From Myxococcota bacterium (GTDB lineage: Bacteria; Myxococcota_A; UBA9042; PHBI01; JAWLBL01): a stretch of DNA of 64,000 bases. A model generated the notes under the pieces. It saw nothing but the letters and a program-made list of their open reading frames with translations, was not told the origin of the DNA and did no database searches. The stretch spans positions 192,001 through 256,000 of the forward strand of contig JAWLBL010000008.1 in NCBI GenBank assembly GCA_041687695.1, in the 5' to 3' direction. A program made the position numbers and the translations under genes. Positions within the stretch are counted from its first letter, which is position 1. Each line of letters begins with the position of its first letter. Positions 28,908-39,200 of this stretch are shown piece by piece.

Positions 28908-29930
28908 GTGATTGTCTGCCCATCCTGCGGGAAGGATAACGAAGACTTCTTCATGTTCTGCCTCGGGTGCGGGTCCGATCTGACGGCGGCGCAGGCGGCC
29001 TCCTCCGCGGCCGCACCCGACGATCCGGCCGAGCCGCCCGACGCCGCCGAACCCAAGCTGGCGCCACGCGCGCCGGCGGCGCCGCGCCTCGGGGGGACGG
29101 TGCCGTTCCAGCACAGCGCCGCGACGTCGACCACCGACTGGATCGACCAGTCGTCGCTCGGGCAGCCGGAGATCGTCCCGACGCTCGACTACGACCCCGA
29201 CGTGCGGACCGTGGTGCAAAAGCCCGCGCAGCTCGCCGTGGACGACGGGGCGGGCGTGGTCATCGAGACCGCCGACGAGGGCGTCGAGAGCCCGGCGCGC
29301 ATCGTCCTCATCAACGAGGACGGCTCCGACGGGGAGGGGTTCACCCTCACCCGCGCGACGACGGTCATCGGACGCGAGGGCGCCGACATCGACTTCGGCG
29401 ACGACGACTTCCTGGCCGGCCGCCACGCGGTGCTGTTCTACGAGAGCGGACGGCTGTTCGTACAGCCGCTGGCGACGACCAACGGCGTCTACAAGCGCAT
29501 CCTGGACCAGTCCGAGCTCGAGTCGGGCGACGCCTTCCGCATCGGCCAGGAGCTGCTTCGCTTCGAACTGGTGCGCGACATGGTGGGCCCGGTCGAGCGG
29601 GACGCCGACGGGACCATCGGCCTGGCGAGCCCCCTGCCGCCGGACACCTGGGGGCGCCTCGCGCAGCTGGTGTCGCTCGAGGACGTCGGCAGCGCCTTCT
29701 TGCTCAGCGGCGACGAGATCTTCCTCGGACGCGAGCGCGGCGACATCACCTTCCCCGAGGACGGCTACGTCTCGGGCAGCCACGCGGTCATCGTGCGCCG
29801 GGGCGGGCGGTTCTTCCTCAAGGACCTGGGCTCGTCCAACGGCACCTACGTCCGGCTCAAGGCCAAGGCCGGGCTCGACGACGGCGACCTCATCCTGGCC
29901 GGGCAGCAGCTCTTCCGCATCGAAGCCTGA
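28908..29930 (+). CDS. Zinc-ribbon plus tandem FHA domain protein
   Basis: CPSC...FCLGC; two FHA domains (IGR...GRHA...TTNG; LGR...SGSHA...SSNGTY). Confidence 0.9.
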   Translation: MIVCPSCGKDNEDFFMFCLGCGSDLTAAQAASSAAAPDDPAEPPDAAEPKLAPRAPAAPRLGGTVPFQHSAATSTTDWIDQSSLGQPEIVPTLDYDPDVRTVVQKPAQLAVDDGAGVVIETADEGVESPARIVLINEDGSDGEGFTLTRATTVIGREGADIDFGDDDFLAGRHAVLFYESGRLFVQPLATTNGVYKRILDQSELESGDAFRIGQELLRFELVRDMVGPVERDADGTIGLASPLPPDTWGRLAQLVSLEDVGSAFLLSGDEIFLGRERGDITFPEDGYVSGSHAVIVRRGGRFFLKDLGSSNGTYVRLKAKAGLDDGDLILAGQQLFRIEA

Positions 29931-29963
29931 CCGCGTCGGCCGGCGTCGGCCGCTCGGAAGGCG

Positions 29964-30947
29964 TCAGCCGGCGGCTGCAGAGGCGCGGGGCTCGGCGGGT
30001 AGCTCGGGAGCGGGCGCCGTCACCAGGGCGCGCCGCACACGCCAGCGGGCCGCGAGGGTGTCGGGACGCGGCGTCGCGGCCGCGGGGCGCGCCAGGCCGT
30101 GCTCGTCCACGAAGCGGCGGATGCGGGTCTCGAGCACGTCGGGCAGCTCGATGGGAGCCGTGTGGCTGCCGCCGGGCAGGACCTCGAGCTCGCCGTGGGG
30201 CAGGGTCGAGGCCAGGAACTGGCTGGTGTGGGCGGGCGTGAAGCCGTCGCGCTCGCCGGCCAGCACCAGGAAGGGCTGCGACAGCCGATGCAGGAAGGCC
30301 ACGCTGGTGCGCTCGGCCGCGTCCTCGAGCATCGTCACGAACAGATCGAGCGGCATGCGCGAGAAGTGGTCGAGGTACGGCATGAAGTCCTCGCGCCGCA
30401 CCAGGGTCCGATTGATCTCGCCGAGCTTGGCCAGCTCGAAGCTGAAGCGGGTCGGCATGAAGGCCTGGACGACGCGCTGGGCGATGGGCCGATAGCGGGT
30501 CATCAGCTCCTTGATGCGCGGCAGCACGCGGGCGCCGACGTCCGTGTTCTTGAAGGTGTCGAGCGCCCGGCCGTACGAGCCGCAGACCAGCACGCCAGCG
30601 CGCACGCGCTCGGGGTGCCGCCAGGCCATCTCGAGCACCACCTGCACGCCCATCGAGTGGCCGAAGAACACGGCCGGGCCCAGCTCGTGACGCTGCATCA
30701 GCTCGGCCAGGTCGCCGGCGAGGTGGGGCAGGGTGACCGCCTCGGCGTCGCGGGGCAGCCCGGAGCGGCCGTGGCCCCGGTAGTGCATGTGCAGCACCTG
30801 GAAGCGCTCGAGCAGCACCGGGCGCAGGTAGCGCCAGACGTAGCCGTCGCACGAGATGCCGTCGCACAGGACGGCCACCGGCGCATCGGGCGGGCCCTCG
30901 AGCGTGTAGGCGATGCGGGTTCCGTCGGCGACTCGGCAGTGCTTCAC
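29964..30947 (-). CDS. Alpha/beta hydrolase
   Basis: DGTRIAY, YRGHGRS, GHSMG, GERD, GGSH; GTGA overlap with the upstream gene. Confidence 0.92.
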   Translation of the reverse strand: MKHCRVADGTRIAYTLEGPPDAPVAVLCDGISCDGYVWRYLRPVLLERFQVLHMHYRGHGRSGLPRDAEAVTLPHLAGDLAELMQRHELGPAVFFGHSMGVQVVLEMAWRHPERVRAGVLVCGSYGRALDTFKNTDVGARVLPRIKELMTRYRPIAQRVVQAFMPTRFSFELAKLGEINRTLVRREDFMPYLDHFSRMPLDLFVTMLEDAAERTSVAFLHRLSQPFLVLAGERDGFTPAHTSQFLASTLPHGELEVLPGGSHTAPIELPDVLETRIRRFVDEHGLARPAAATPRPDTLAARWRVRRALVTAPAPELPAEPRASAAAG

Positions 30948-31582
30948 GGCAGCTTCCAGGACATCTTCACCTGCGCGGGTGCGCCCGCGACGATCAGGTG
31001 GACCGCCTGCCCGCTCGCGGCGAGGGGCTCGCCGGTCGGCAGGACCCGCGGGAAGCGCACTTCCCACAGAGTGTATTGATCCCCCATGTACGGGTACAGC
31101 TGTCGCCACGTCGGGTTGCTGCTGCGCTTGCGGTCGACCAGCGTCGGCCGGACGAACCGGCCGGCGTCGTCCTCGAGGCGCAGATCCCAGATGCCGTCGC
31201 GCGGGTCGAGCCGGTTCCAGCTGGGCTCGTGGGTGGCCGTGGCGATCATGACCACCCAGGCCTCCTCCAGCTCGGCCAGCTCCGTCGCGAGCAGCTGCTC
31301 GCGCTGCGAGTCGGGCAGCGCGAAGATGCGGGCGTACTCCAGCACCCAGGCGCGGCGGAACGGCTCGGTCTTGAGCGTCGCGTACACGAAGAGGCGGCTC
31401 TCCATGTCCTCGTACGTCTCGACGTGGCGCGTCCAGACCTTGCGCGTCTCGGTGTAGGACTCCACCGGGCCGTCGATCGACTGCAGGGCCACGCCACAGC
31501 CGGCAAGCAGCGCCGCCACGAGCGCCAGCGCCACGCCCACGCCAAAGCGTGGCCGCGCTAGGCCGATCCGCGGCCTCGTCAC
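30944..31582 (-). CDS. Hypothetical lipoprotein
   Basis: Signal ending LLAGC; GTGA overlaps at both ends. Confidence 0.75.
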   Translation of the reverse strand: MTRPRIGLARPRFGVGVALALVAALLAGCGVALQSIDGPVESYTETRKVWTRHVETYEDMESRLFVYATLKTEPFRRAWVLEYARIFALPDSQREQLLATELAELEEAWVVMIATATHEPSWNRLDPRDGIWDLRLEDDAGRFVRPTLVDRKRSSNPTWRQLYPYMGDQYTLWEVRFPRVLPTGEPLAASGQAVHLIVAGAPAQVKMSWKLP

Positions 31583-32160
31583 TCGCCGTCCGTCGCGCCC
31601 GGCCCCATGCCGGGGAAGTCGGCGCGCGTGTACAGGGCGGTCACCGCGACGCCCTCGGCCTCGATGGCCTCGCGGCCGCCCTCGAGGCGGTCGACCAGGC
31701 AGAACAGGCCCTGCACCTGCATGCCGGCCTCGCGCAGGCGGGCGATGGAGCGGATCGACGAGGCGCCCGTGGTGATGACGTCCTCGAGGACCAGCACGCG
31801 GCTGCCGGGGCCGAGCGAGCGGATGCCCTCGATCCACGACATGGTGCCGTGGCCCTTGGGCTCTTTTCGGATGAAGAAGCCAGGGATGGGCTGGCCGCGC
31901 CGCCGCGCCTGCAGCACGAACGCGCAAGTCATCGGGTCCGCGCCCAGCGTGGGGCCGCCGACCGCGTCGATCGGAAAGCCCTGCTGTTGCCACGTGTCGA
32001 CCAGCACCGTCCCGGTCAGCGCCATGCCGTCGGGGTGCAGCAGCGTCTGCTTGCAGTCGACGTAGAAGTCGCTGGTCCGCCCGCTGGACAGCACGATCTG
32101 GCGCCGCTCGAACGACAGCTGGGTGAGCAGCGACAGCAGCTCCTCGCGCGGTTGGCTCAT
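31579..32160 (-). CDS. pyrE: Orotate phosphoribosyltransferase
   Basis: LSSGRTSDFYVDCK, RKEPKGHG, VLVLEDVITTGAS PRPP motif. Confidence 0.95.
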   Translation of the reverse strand: MSQPREELLSLLTQLSFERRQIVLSSGRTSDFYVDCKQTLLHPDGMALTGTVLVDTWQQQGFPIDAVGGPTLGADPMTCAFVLQARRRGQPIPGFFIRKEPKGHGTMSWIEGIRSLGPGSRVLVLEDVITTGASSIRSIARLREAGMQVQGLFCLVDRLEGGREAIEAEGVAVTALYTRADFPGMGPGATDGE

Positions 32161-32216
32161 CGGTCCTCTCAACGTGGTGACGGTTGCCTGGCTGGCCTTC
32201 CCGGCTTGGGGGCCTG

Positions 32217-32777
32217 TCAGCTCGCCTGCCCGCCGCGCGACGGGCGCGTCTCGACGACCTCGCCGGCGCCGGCCGACGGGCCCGTCTCGACGACCTCGCT
32301 GGCCTCGGGCTCGGGCCAGGCGCTTCGGCTGGGCGACGACGCCGCCGCCCACGGGTCGGCCGCCGGCGCGCTGCTCGCGCCATAGCGGGCCGCGCCCCGG
32401 GCCCCAGCGGCCGCCCCGGCCGCCGCGCCGCCGATGGCGACTCGAACCGTGGGCACCTCGACCCCGGTTTCAACGCGCCCCGCGACGCGCCCGCCGGGCG
32501 TCAACTTCAGACGCCGGGCCTTGATGTTGCCCTGCACCTGCCCGGTCGCGGCGATCTCGACGTCCTCGCTGGCGAAGATGTCGCCCACGACGACGCCCTG
32601 CACGACCAGGCGGCGGACGTGCGCGTCGCCCTCGACCACGGCGCCGGCCTCGACCAGGACCGCGTGGTCGCTCTCGATGCGTCCGCGGACGTGTCCGCCC
32701 AGCGCGAGGTCCTCGGCGGCCCTGAGGACGCCCTCGATGCGGTGTCCCGGCGCGATTCGGCTCTGCGGTGCGGCCAT
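32217..32777 (-). CDS. Bactofilin with low-complexity C-terminal tail (BacP-like position)
   Basis: IEG...GHVRGRI...VEGDAH...GVVVGDI...GQVQGNIKA...GRVAGRV, then an Ala/Pro/Glu-rich tail. Confidence 0.88.
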   Translation of the reverse strand: MAAPQSRIAPGHRIEGVLRAAEDLALGGHVRGRIESDHAVLVEAGAVVEGDAHVRRLVVQGVVVGDIFASEDVEIAATGQVQGNIKARRLKLTPGGRVAGRVETGVEVPTVRVAIGGAAAGAAAGARGAARYGASSAPAADPWAAASSPSRSAWPEPEASEVVETGPSAGAGEVVETRPSRGGQAS

Positions 32778-32781
32778 CCTG

Positions 32782-33099
32782 CTAACCCTGCATGTTGATG
32801 TTGCCCTTGAAGGCCGCCCCGTCGGCGATGAGGATGCGCGGCGCCTTGATGTCGCCGACGAGCCGTCCGCCCGACTTGATCTCGACCTTGTCGGTGGCGG
32901 TCACGTTGCCTTGGACGGAGCCGGCGACCTCGACCGACTGGCTCTCGACGTCGGCCTCGACGCGCCCGCCCGGCGGGATCGTGACGGCCTCCTTGACCTG
33001 GATGCGCCCGCGCACGAAGCCCAGGACGGTGATCGCCTCGGTGCCCGTGATCTCGCCGTCGATGGCGATGTTGCTGCCGATGATGGTGTCGGACGCCAT
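32782..33099 (-). CDS. Bactofilin
   Basis: TIIGSNIAIDGEI...GSVQGNVTA...GRLVGDIKAPRILIADGAAFKGNINM. Confidence 0.93.
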   Translation of the reverse strand: MASDTIIGSNIAIDGEITGTEAITVLGFVRGRIQVKEAVTIPPGGRVEADVESQSVEVAGSVQGNVTATDKVEIKSGGRLVGDIKAPRILIADGAAFKGNINMQG

Positions 33100-33231
33100 G
33101 TGTCGTTCCTCGAGCGTGGGGGGGCTGCAGGGGGTCGCCGCGCGGGCGGCCGTGCCGGTTCGGAAGTCAGGGGAGGGCGCGCGTCAACCGGGACCCGGCG
33201 CGAGAGGCGACGGGCCCGCGGGCGCGGTCGG

Positions 33232-33594
33232 CTACCAGCGGGCGCCGCCGCGCGCGCCGCCCAGGCCGCGTGGCAGGTCCAGCTCCATCTTCAGGTGCCC
33301 GACGAAGCGGGCCTGCGGGTCGATGCCGACGCGGGCCGCCGTGATGTCGCCCTCGACGTCGGCGCCCGAGGCCAGGGTGACCGCCTTGGTCGCGGTGACC
33401 GGCCCGCGGACCTTGCCGGCGACGAGCACCTCGGCGCCGTCGACGGTGGCCGCCACCAGGGCCGACGGGGCGACGCGCACGTCACCGCCGACCCTGACGG
33501 CCCCCTCGACGCGCCCGTGGATGGTCAGCGAGCCGGCGCCCGAGACGGTGCCCTTGACCCGGATCCCGGCCCCGATGACGTTTGCGCTTTCCAA
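33232..33594 (-). CDS. Bactofilin
   Basis: NVIGAGIRVKGTV...HGRVEGAV...VEGDITAARVGIDPQARFVGHLKM; TTG start after AGGAG. Confidence 0.9.
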   Translation of the reverse strand: MESANVIGAGIRVKGTVSGAGSLTIHGRVEGAVRVGGDVRVAPSALVAATVDGAEVLVAGKVRGPVTATKAVTLASGADVEGDITAARVGIDPQARFVGHLKMELDLPRGLGGARGGARW

Positions 33595-33660
33595 GGGACG
33601 CTCCTAGCATCTGCGGGTGGTCGTCGCGGGCTGGCCCGCGCCGCGGCCGCTGCAGGCGCC

Positions 33661-33690
33661 GTGCTAGCACCGGCGGCGCTCCGGTGTCAA
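33661..33690 (-). promoter_or_regulatory. Putative sigma70-type promoter of the bactofilin-pyrE operon
   Basis: Minus strand TTGACA (33690-33685), 18-bp spacer, TAGCAC preceded by TGn. Confidence 0.4.
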
Positions 33691-33753
33691 GGACGCCCCG
33701 GCGGCGCGCGGGCGCGGAAGAGCCGCGCGCGGCGCGGGTTGTGAGGAGGACGC

Positions 33754-35331
33754 ATGGACTACGACTACCTCATCGTCGGCTCGGGGTTCGGCGGCAGCGT
33801 CTCGGCGCTGCGCCTGACCGAGAAGGGCTACCGGGTCGGCGTCCTCGAGGCCGGAAAGCGCTGGAACCCCGAGGACTTCCCCCGCACCAACTGGGATCTT
33901 CGGCGCTTCCTCTTCCAGCCGTCCCTCGGGTGCTACGGGATCATGCGGATGGAGGTCTTCCGGGACGTCTTCATCCTGGCCGGGGCGGGGGTCGGCGGCG
34001 GCAGCCTGGTCTACGCCAACACCCTGCTGGTCCCGCCCGACCGCTTCTTCGCCGACGCCCGCTGGGCCCACATGAAGGATTGGAAGGCCGCGCTGGCGCC
34101 GCACTACGACACGGCCAAGCGCATGCTGGGCGTCACGCGCGCCCCCCAGGTCTTCGAGACCGATCGCGCCCTGCAGGCCGTCATGGACGAGATGGGCCGC
34201 GGCCACACCTTCCACCACGCCGACGTCGGCGTACACTTCGGGCAGGGGCCCGGCGTGCGCTCGCCCGACCCCTACTTCGGCGGCCGCGGCCCCGAGCGCA
34301 CCGGCTGCACCCTGTGCGGCGGCTGCATGATCGGCTGCAAGCACGGCTCGAAGAACTCGCTGGACCGCAACTACCTGTACCTCGCCGAGCAGAACGGCGC
34401 CGAGGTGCACCCCGAGACGACCGCCTGGGACGTCCGCCCGCGCGAGGGCGGCGGCTACGAGGTGCGGACCCACCGCTCGGACTCGCCCTACCTCAAGCGC
34501 GGCCAGCGCACGTTCACGGCCCGGCACGTGGTCCTGTCCGCGGGCGCCCTCGGGACCACCAAGCTGCTGCTCGCCTGCAAGGAGCGCGGCAGCCTGCCCC
34601 ACCTGTCGGACCAGGTCGGCAACTACGTGCGCACCAACAGCGAGGCCATCCTGGGCGTCAAGGCGCGCGATCCCAAGGCCGACCTCACCCACGGCATCGC
34701 CATCGCCGCCGGCGCCTACCCGGACGACGACACGCACATCGAGATGTGCCGCTACCCCAAGGGCTCGGACTCGCTGGCCGTCATCACCACCCACATGACC
34801 GACGGCGGCAGCCGCCTCGGCCGCATCGGGCAGGCGCTCAGGCAGTTCGTCACGCACCCCATCGACTCCGCCCGGGCCGCCTGGCCCTTCGGCTTCGCGC
34901 AGCGCGGCGCCATCGTCCTGGTCATGCAGCCGGTCGACAACTACCTGCGCTTCGTCCGCGAGCGCCCCTGGTACGCGCCGTGGCGCCGCCGCATGCAGAC
35001 GCGCAACGACACCGACGCCGCCATCCAGGCGACCATCCCCATCGGCAACGAGGTCACGCGCCGCCTCGCCGAGCGCCTCGACGCCCACCCGCGCAGCGCC
35101 ATCACCGAGCTGCTCCTGAACGTGCCGACCACCGCCCACATCCTGGGCGGCGCCACCATCGCCGACAGCCCCGAGCGCGGCGTCATCGACGCCCGCCACG
35201 AGGCCTTCGGGCACCCGGGCCTGTTCGTGGTCGACGGCTCGGTCATCCCGGCCAACCTGGGCGTCAACCCCAGCCTCACCATCACCGCCCTCGCCGAGCA
35301 CGCGATGAGCCAGGTCCCGTCCCGGGTCTGA
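33754..35331 (+). CDS. GMC oxidoreductase, cholesterol oxidase (ChoD)-like
   Basis: IVGSGFGGSV, GVGGGSLVYAN, CTLCGGCMIGC, TAHILGGA, VVDGSVIPANLGVNPSLTI; GAGGAGG RBS. Confidence 0.9.
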   Translation: MDYDYLIVGSGFGGSVSALRLTEKGYRVGVLEAGKRWNPEDFPRTNWDLRRFLFQPSLGCYGIMRMEVFRDVFILAGAGVGGGSLVYANTLLVPPDRFFADARWAHMKDWKAALAPHYDTAKRMLGVTRAPQVFETDRALQAVMDEMGRGHTFHHADVGVHFGQGPGVRSPDPYFGGRGPERTGCTLCGGCMIGCKHGSKNSLDRNYLYLAEQNGAEVHPETTAWDVRPREGGGYEVRTHRSDSPYLKRGQRTFTARHVVLSAGALGTTKLLLACKERGSLPHLSDQVGNYVRTNSEAILGVKARDPKADLTHGIAIAAGAYPDDDTHIEMCRYPKGSDSLAVITTHMTDGGSRLGRIGQALRQFVTHPIDSARAAWPFGFAQRGAIVLVMQPVDNYLRFVRERPWYAPWRRRMQTRNDTDAAIQATIPIGNEVTRRLAERLDAHPRSAITELLLNVPTTAHILGGATIADSPERGVIDARHEAFGHPGLFVVDGSVIPANLGVNPSLTITALAEHAMSQVPSRV

Positions 35332-35462
35332 CCCGCCCCGCGACCTCGGGGTTCGACCGTTCCCGAACGGCTGTTAGCTTGTAACCAGCACGGGAAGCCA
35401 CGCGCCGTCCCGCCGGTTGGCTGGATGAAGGCATCACGGTTGGCGCTCGCGCTGGAGGTCCG

Positions 35463-36236
35463 ATGAGAGGCGTGCTGAGGTTCGCGGCGGCGTTGCTCGT
35501 CCCAGTCGTGGTGGCCGGCTCGGTGGGGCCGGCCCAGGCCGAGGCGCCGGTCGAGGCGCGGCGCGGGGGGCTGGGGTTCCTCGAGGGCGTCGTGCCCGAG
35601 GCCCTGCTGCCGCCGGTGCTGCACGAGATCGCCGTGCCCCTGATGCGTCAGGTCGGCGACAAGGCCAACTGCGGTCCGACCGCGGCGGCGATGGTGCTGG
35701 GCGCCTACCAGCAGCTGCGCGATGCGACGCAGCTCGAGGCGCTCCGCGATCAGCTGGGCGAGTGGTCGTGGGAGGCGTTCCCGGCGCGTCGCCTGAGCCT
35801 GCCCGGCTACGACCCGGGCCTGAGCACGACCGCGATGCTGCTGGCGATGCTCAACCACTTCGCCAGCGGCGAGGTCGCCTTCGACGAGCTGCCCGAGCAC
35901 CCGTGGCTGCCGCGGACGGCCTGGAACCTGCTCGCGCTCAAGGCCACCGTCGGCGAGGGGCGCCCGGTCGTCACGATGGTGCAGGCCTCGACCCTGTGGG
36001 GCACCCGCGAGCCCGGCCTGCACTGGGTCGTCGTCCGGGCGGTGGGCGACGGCAAGGTCGTCTACAACGACCCGGCCGACTCGACCCGCGTCGAGGTCCC
36101 CATCGACAAGTTCTGGGAGGCCTGGCGCCTGCTGCCCATCTTCCGCGAGCTGTCCCTGACGCGGTCCTTCACCGCCATCGTCGGGTCCAGGCCCGTCCCG
36201 GCGAGGCCCGGCGCGCAGGTGGCGACGGACCTCTGA
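35463..36236 (+). CDS. Secreted C39-like cysteine peptidase
   Basis: Signal peptide (AQA); Q...NCGPTAAAM, HWVVV, YNDP catalytic pattern. Confidence 0.8.
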   Translation: MRGVLRFAAALLVPVVVAGSVGPAQAEAPVEARRGGLGFLEGVVPEALLPPVLHEIAVPLMRQVGDKANCGPTAAAMVLGAYQQLRDATQLEALRDQLGEWSWEAFPARRLSLPGYDPGLSTTAMLLAMLNHFASGEVAFDELPEHPWLPRTAWNLLALKATVGEGRPVVTMVQASTLWGTREPGLHWVVVRAVGDGKVVYNDPADSTRVEVPIDKFWEAWRLLPIFRELSLTRSFTAIVGSRPVPARPGAQVATDL

Positions 36237-36251
36237 CCCGGGCCGTCGAGC

Positions 36252-39200
36252 TCAGAAGTTGGTGTCGGCCGACGCGCCGGCCGCGCCCGGGGTGCCGCTC
36301 TGGCCCAGCGAGGGGCCGCCGGCACCGCCCGGGCCGCCCTGACCACCCGGCAGGAAGGCGTTGGCGCTCTTGTAGGCGCTGGCGTTCAGCGACCCGCCGG
36401 CCTGGTGCAAGAACAGGCCGTAGCTGGCGCCGCCGCAGCCGCCGCCGCCGCCGCCGCCGTGGCCGCCCTGGCCCCCGTCACCGCCGGCCGCGCCGCCGGC
36501 CGCGCACCACATCTGCGCGTTGCCCTCGCCGCTGGCCCCGCCGGGGGCGCCGTCGCCGCCCAGGCCGCCGGCGCCGCCAGGCCCGCCGGTGCCACCCGCG
36601 CCGCCCGCGCCGCGCCGGATGGTGTTGTTCTGCAGGACCGGCAGGCTGCCGGGGGACGCCGTGAAGATGACGAACACCCCGAAGCTGCCGCCACCGGCCG
36701 AGCCACCCGCGCCGCCCGTGCCCGCGCAGCCGCCCGAGCCTCCGCCGCCGCCCTGGCCGCCGATGTCGTCGCCGCCCAGATCGGTGCTCCCCGTGGCGCA
36801 CCCGTTGCCGACCACCTCGACGCCGCCGCCGGCCCCGCCGCCGCCGCCGCCCGAGCCGTGACCGCCCGCGCCGCCCGACTGCCCCGGCTGGCCCTGCCAG
36901 TGCCCGGCCACCACGCTGCCCTGCAGGGCGGCGCAGCCCTGCCCGAGCGCGCCCGTCGCCCCCTTGGCGCCGGCCGTCCCGAAGGCTCCATTGTGGTTCT
37001 TCTCGGAGTTGGTGTAGCAGGTCCCGCAGGAGGAGTTGGGGCCCTGCGTGATGTGGGTGTTGTCCACGCCCCCGGCGCCGCCCTTGCCCGCCGCGCCCGG
37101 CCCCTTGCCGTCCTTGCCCACCTCGGCCGCCAGCGGGTCGGTGTCGTAGACCGGGCACCGCCCGGCGCCACCGTCCCCGCCGGCGACGTCGACGCCGCCG
37201 CAGGTCAGCTTGCCGCCCGCGCCGCCGGCCTTCTCGTGGGTCGAGGTGCAGGTGCGGGTGCCCGCGTCATAGGCGGCGCCGCCGGTGACGCCGCCGCTGC
37301 CGTCGGCGCCGTCGCCGCCCGCCGCGCCCGCCGTGCCGTTGCCGCCGGCGCCGGCGAAGACCCGGTTGTTCCGGACGATCAGCTTGGCGCCGCCGTCGCG
37401 CAGGTACATGGCGTAGCTGTTGGCCCCCGCCTGGTTGGCGGCGTTGGGGCCGAAGACGGTGAAGCCGTCGACGACGGTCGGCTCGGGGGCGTCGGCCGCG
37501 CCCAGGCCGACGGCGGTCACGGCGCCCGGGGCGGCGGCGGTCGGGGCCTGGCCCAGGATGGCCGTCTCGTACAGCAGCGGGTTGCGCGTGGCGAAGTCGC
37601 TCGCGTAGCCGCCGAACACGCCCACGCCCGCGCGCAGGACGACGTTCTCGCCGTAGACGCCCGTCGCCACGTAGACGTCGCGCTTGCCCGCGTCGAAGGC
37701 CCGCTCGACGGCGGCCGAGATGGTCAGCATGGGCGCCTCGAGGGTGCCCGGCGCGTCGTCGTGGCCGTTCTTGGCGACGAACACCCCCTCGGCGACCTCG
37801 CCGTCGATGCCGTCGCAGTTGGTGTCTTGGCCGTCGCCCGCCAGATCGGGCCCGGCGACCGGCTGGCACTCGCAGCCGTCGTCGATGAGGCCGTTGACGT
37901 CGAACCAGCCGGGCTGGCAGGCGAAGGTGCACTGCGGGACCGGCAGGGAGGCGTCGCAGGCCGGCGCCGAGTTGGGGTAGGCGAGGGCGAGGCACGAGAT
38001 GTTGCACCCGCCGCAGTGCTGGACGCCCGCGTACTTGCCGGCCGCGTCCTTGAACGCCTCGTCGGTCTCGCCGTCGCAGTCGTTGTCGACGCCGTCGCAG
38101 CTCTCGCCCGGCAGCTCGCACCCGGCCCAGCCCTCGGCCGTGCACTGCTCGAAGCCCGTGCACGTGTAGGCGGGCTTGCCCGGGTCGGCGGGCGTGTGGG
38201 TCACGCTGCACGCCCGCGAGAGATCGGTGTTGGTGCCGTCGCAGCTGCACGAGTCGGTCACCGGCACGCACATGGGGCTCGCCTTGCCGACCTCCTCGCA
38301 GGCGTAGCCGCCGGGGCAGTCGGCCGCCGTCGCGCAGCCCTTCGAACAGAAGGTTCCCGTCCCGACCGGGATGCAGGCCGCGCCCTCGCCCAGGCAGTTG
38401 GCGTCGACGGTGCACGGCTGGCAGATGCTGGCCACGTTCGGGACGCACTGGAACTCGTTGAGCTTGATGAAGCCCTGCTGGCACGTCTCGACGATGCACT
38501 GGGCGGCGCTGCCGGTGACCTGACACGAGGTCACCGCCGCGTTGGGGAAGCCGCTGTCGCACGACGCGTTGCAGGTCCCGCAGTGCGCGTGGGCCGAGTA
38601 GACGTCGCCGGTCTTGAAGCCCTCGTCGACGTCGCCGTCGCAGTCGTTGTCCTTGAAGTCGCACGTCTCCGGCTCGGGGGTCGCCGCCTGGCACACCCAG
38701 CCCTGCGGGCCGAAGCAGACGTTGACGCCGACGCAGGTCCCGACCCCCTCGACCGTGTTCTCGCAGGCCTCGTCCTGCGGCAGCCCGTCGTCGACCAGGC
38801 CGTTGCAGTCGTTGTCCTTGCCGTCGCACAGCTCGGGCACGGGCGCCGCCGCCGTGCAGCCCGTCCACCCCAGCTCGGGGTCGCACGTCTCGACGCCGTA
38901 GCAGCTGCCGAGCTCGCTCGTCTGCTGGCAGCTCCGCTGCGCCCCGGTGAACTCGGGCGTGCACGTGCAGCTCCCGCTGCGGGGCTGGCACCACTGCCCG
39001 TCGTGGGTGCCGCCCGGCGCGTCGAGGCAGCCGAAGCCCTCGGGGCAGTCCTCGTCGGCCTCGCACGCGTAGCCGCACTGGCCCGACCCGTCGATGGTCA
39101 GGCACGCGCCGCCCTTGCACTGCGTGTCCGTCGCGCAGGGCGTGCACAGCTGCACGTAGCGTGGCAGGCACAGGAACACCACGTCCGCGCCCGCCGCCGA

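Noticed and set aside
35332..35462. tRNA-like GGGTTCGA and small hairpins after the GMC oxidase
   Set aside because: No cloverleaf (acceptor, D and anticodon arms) could be built.
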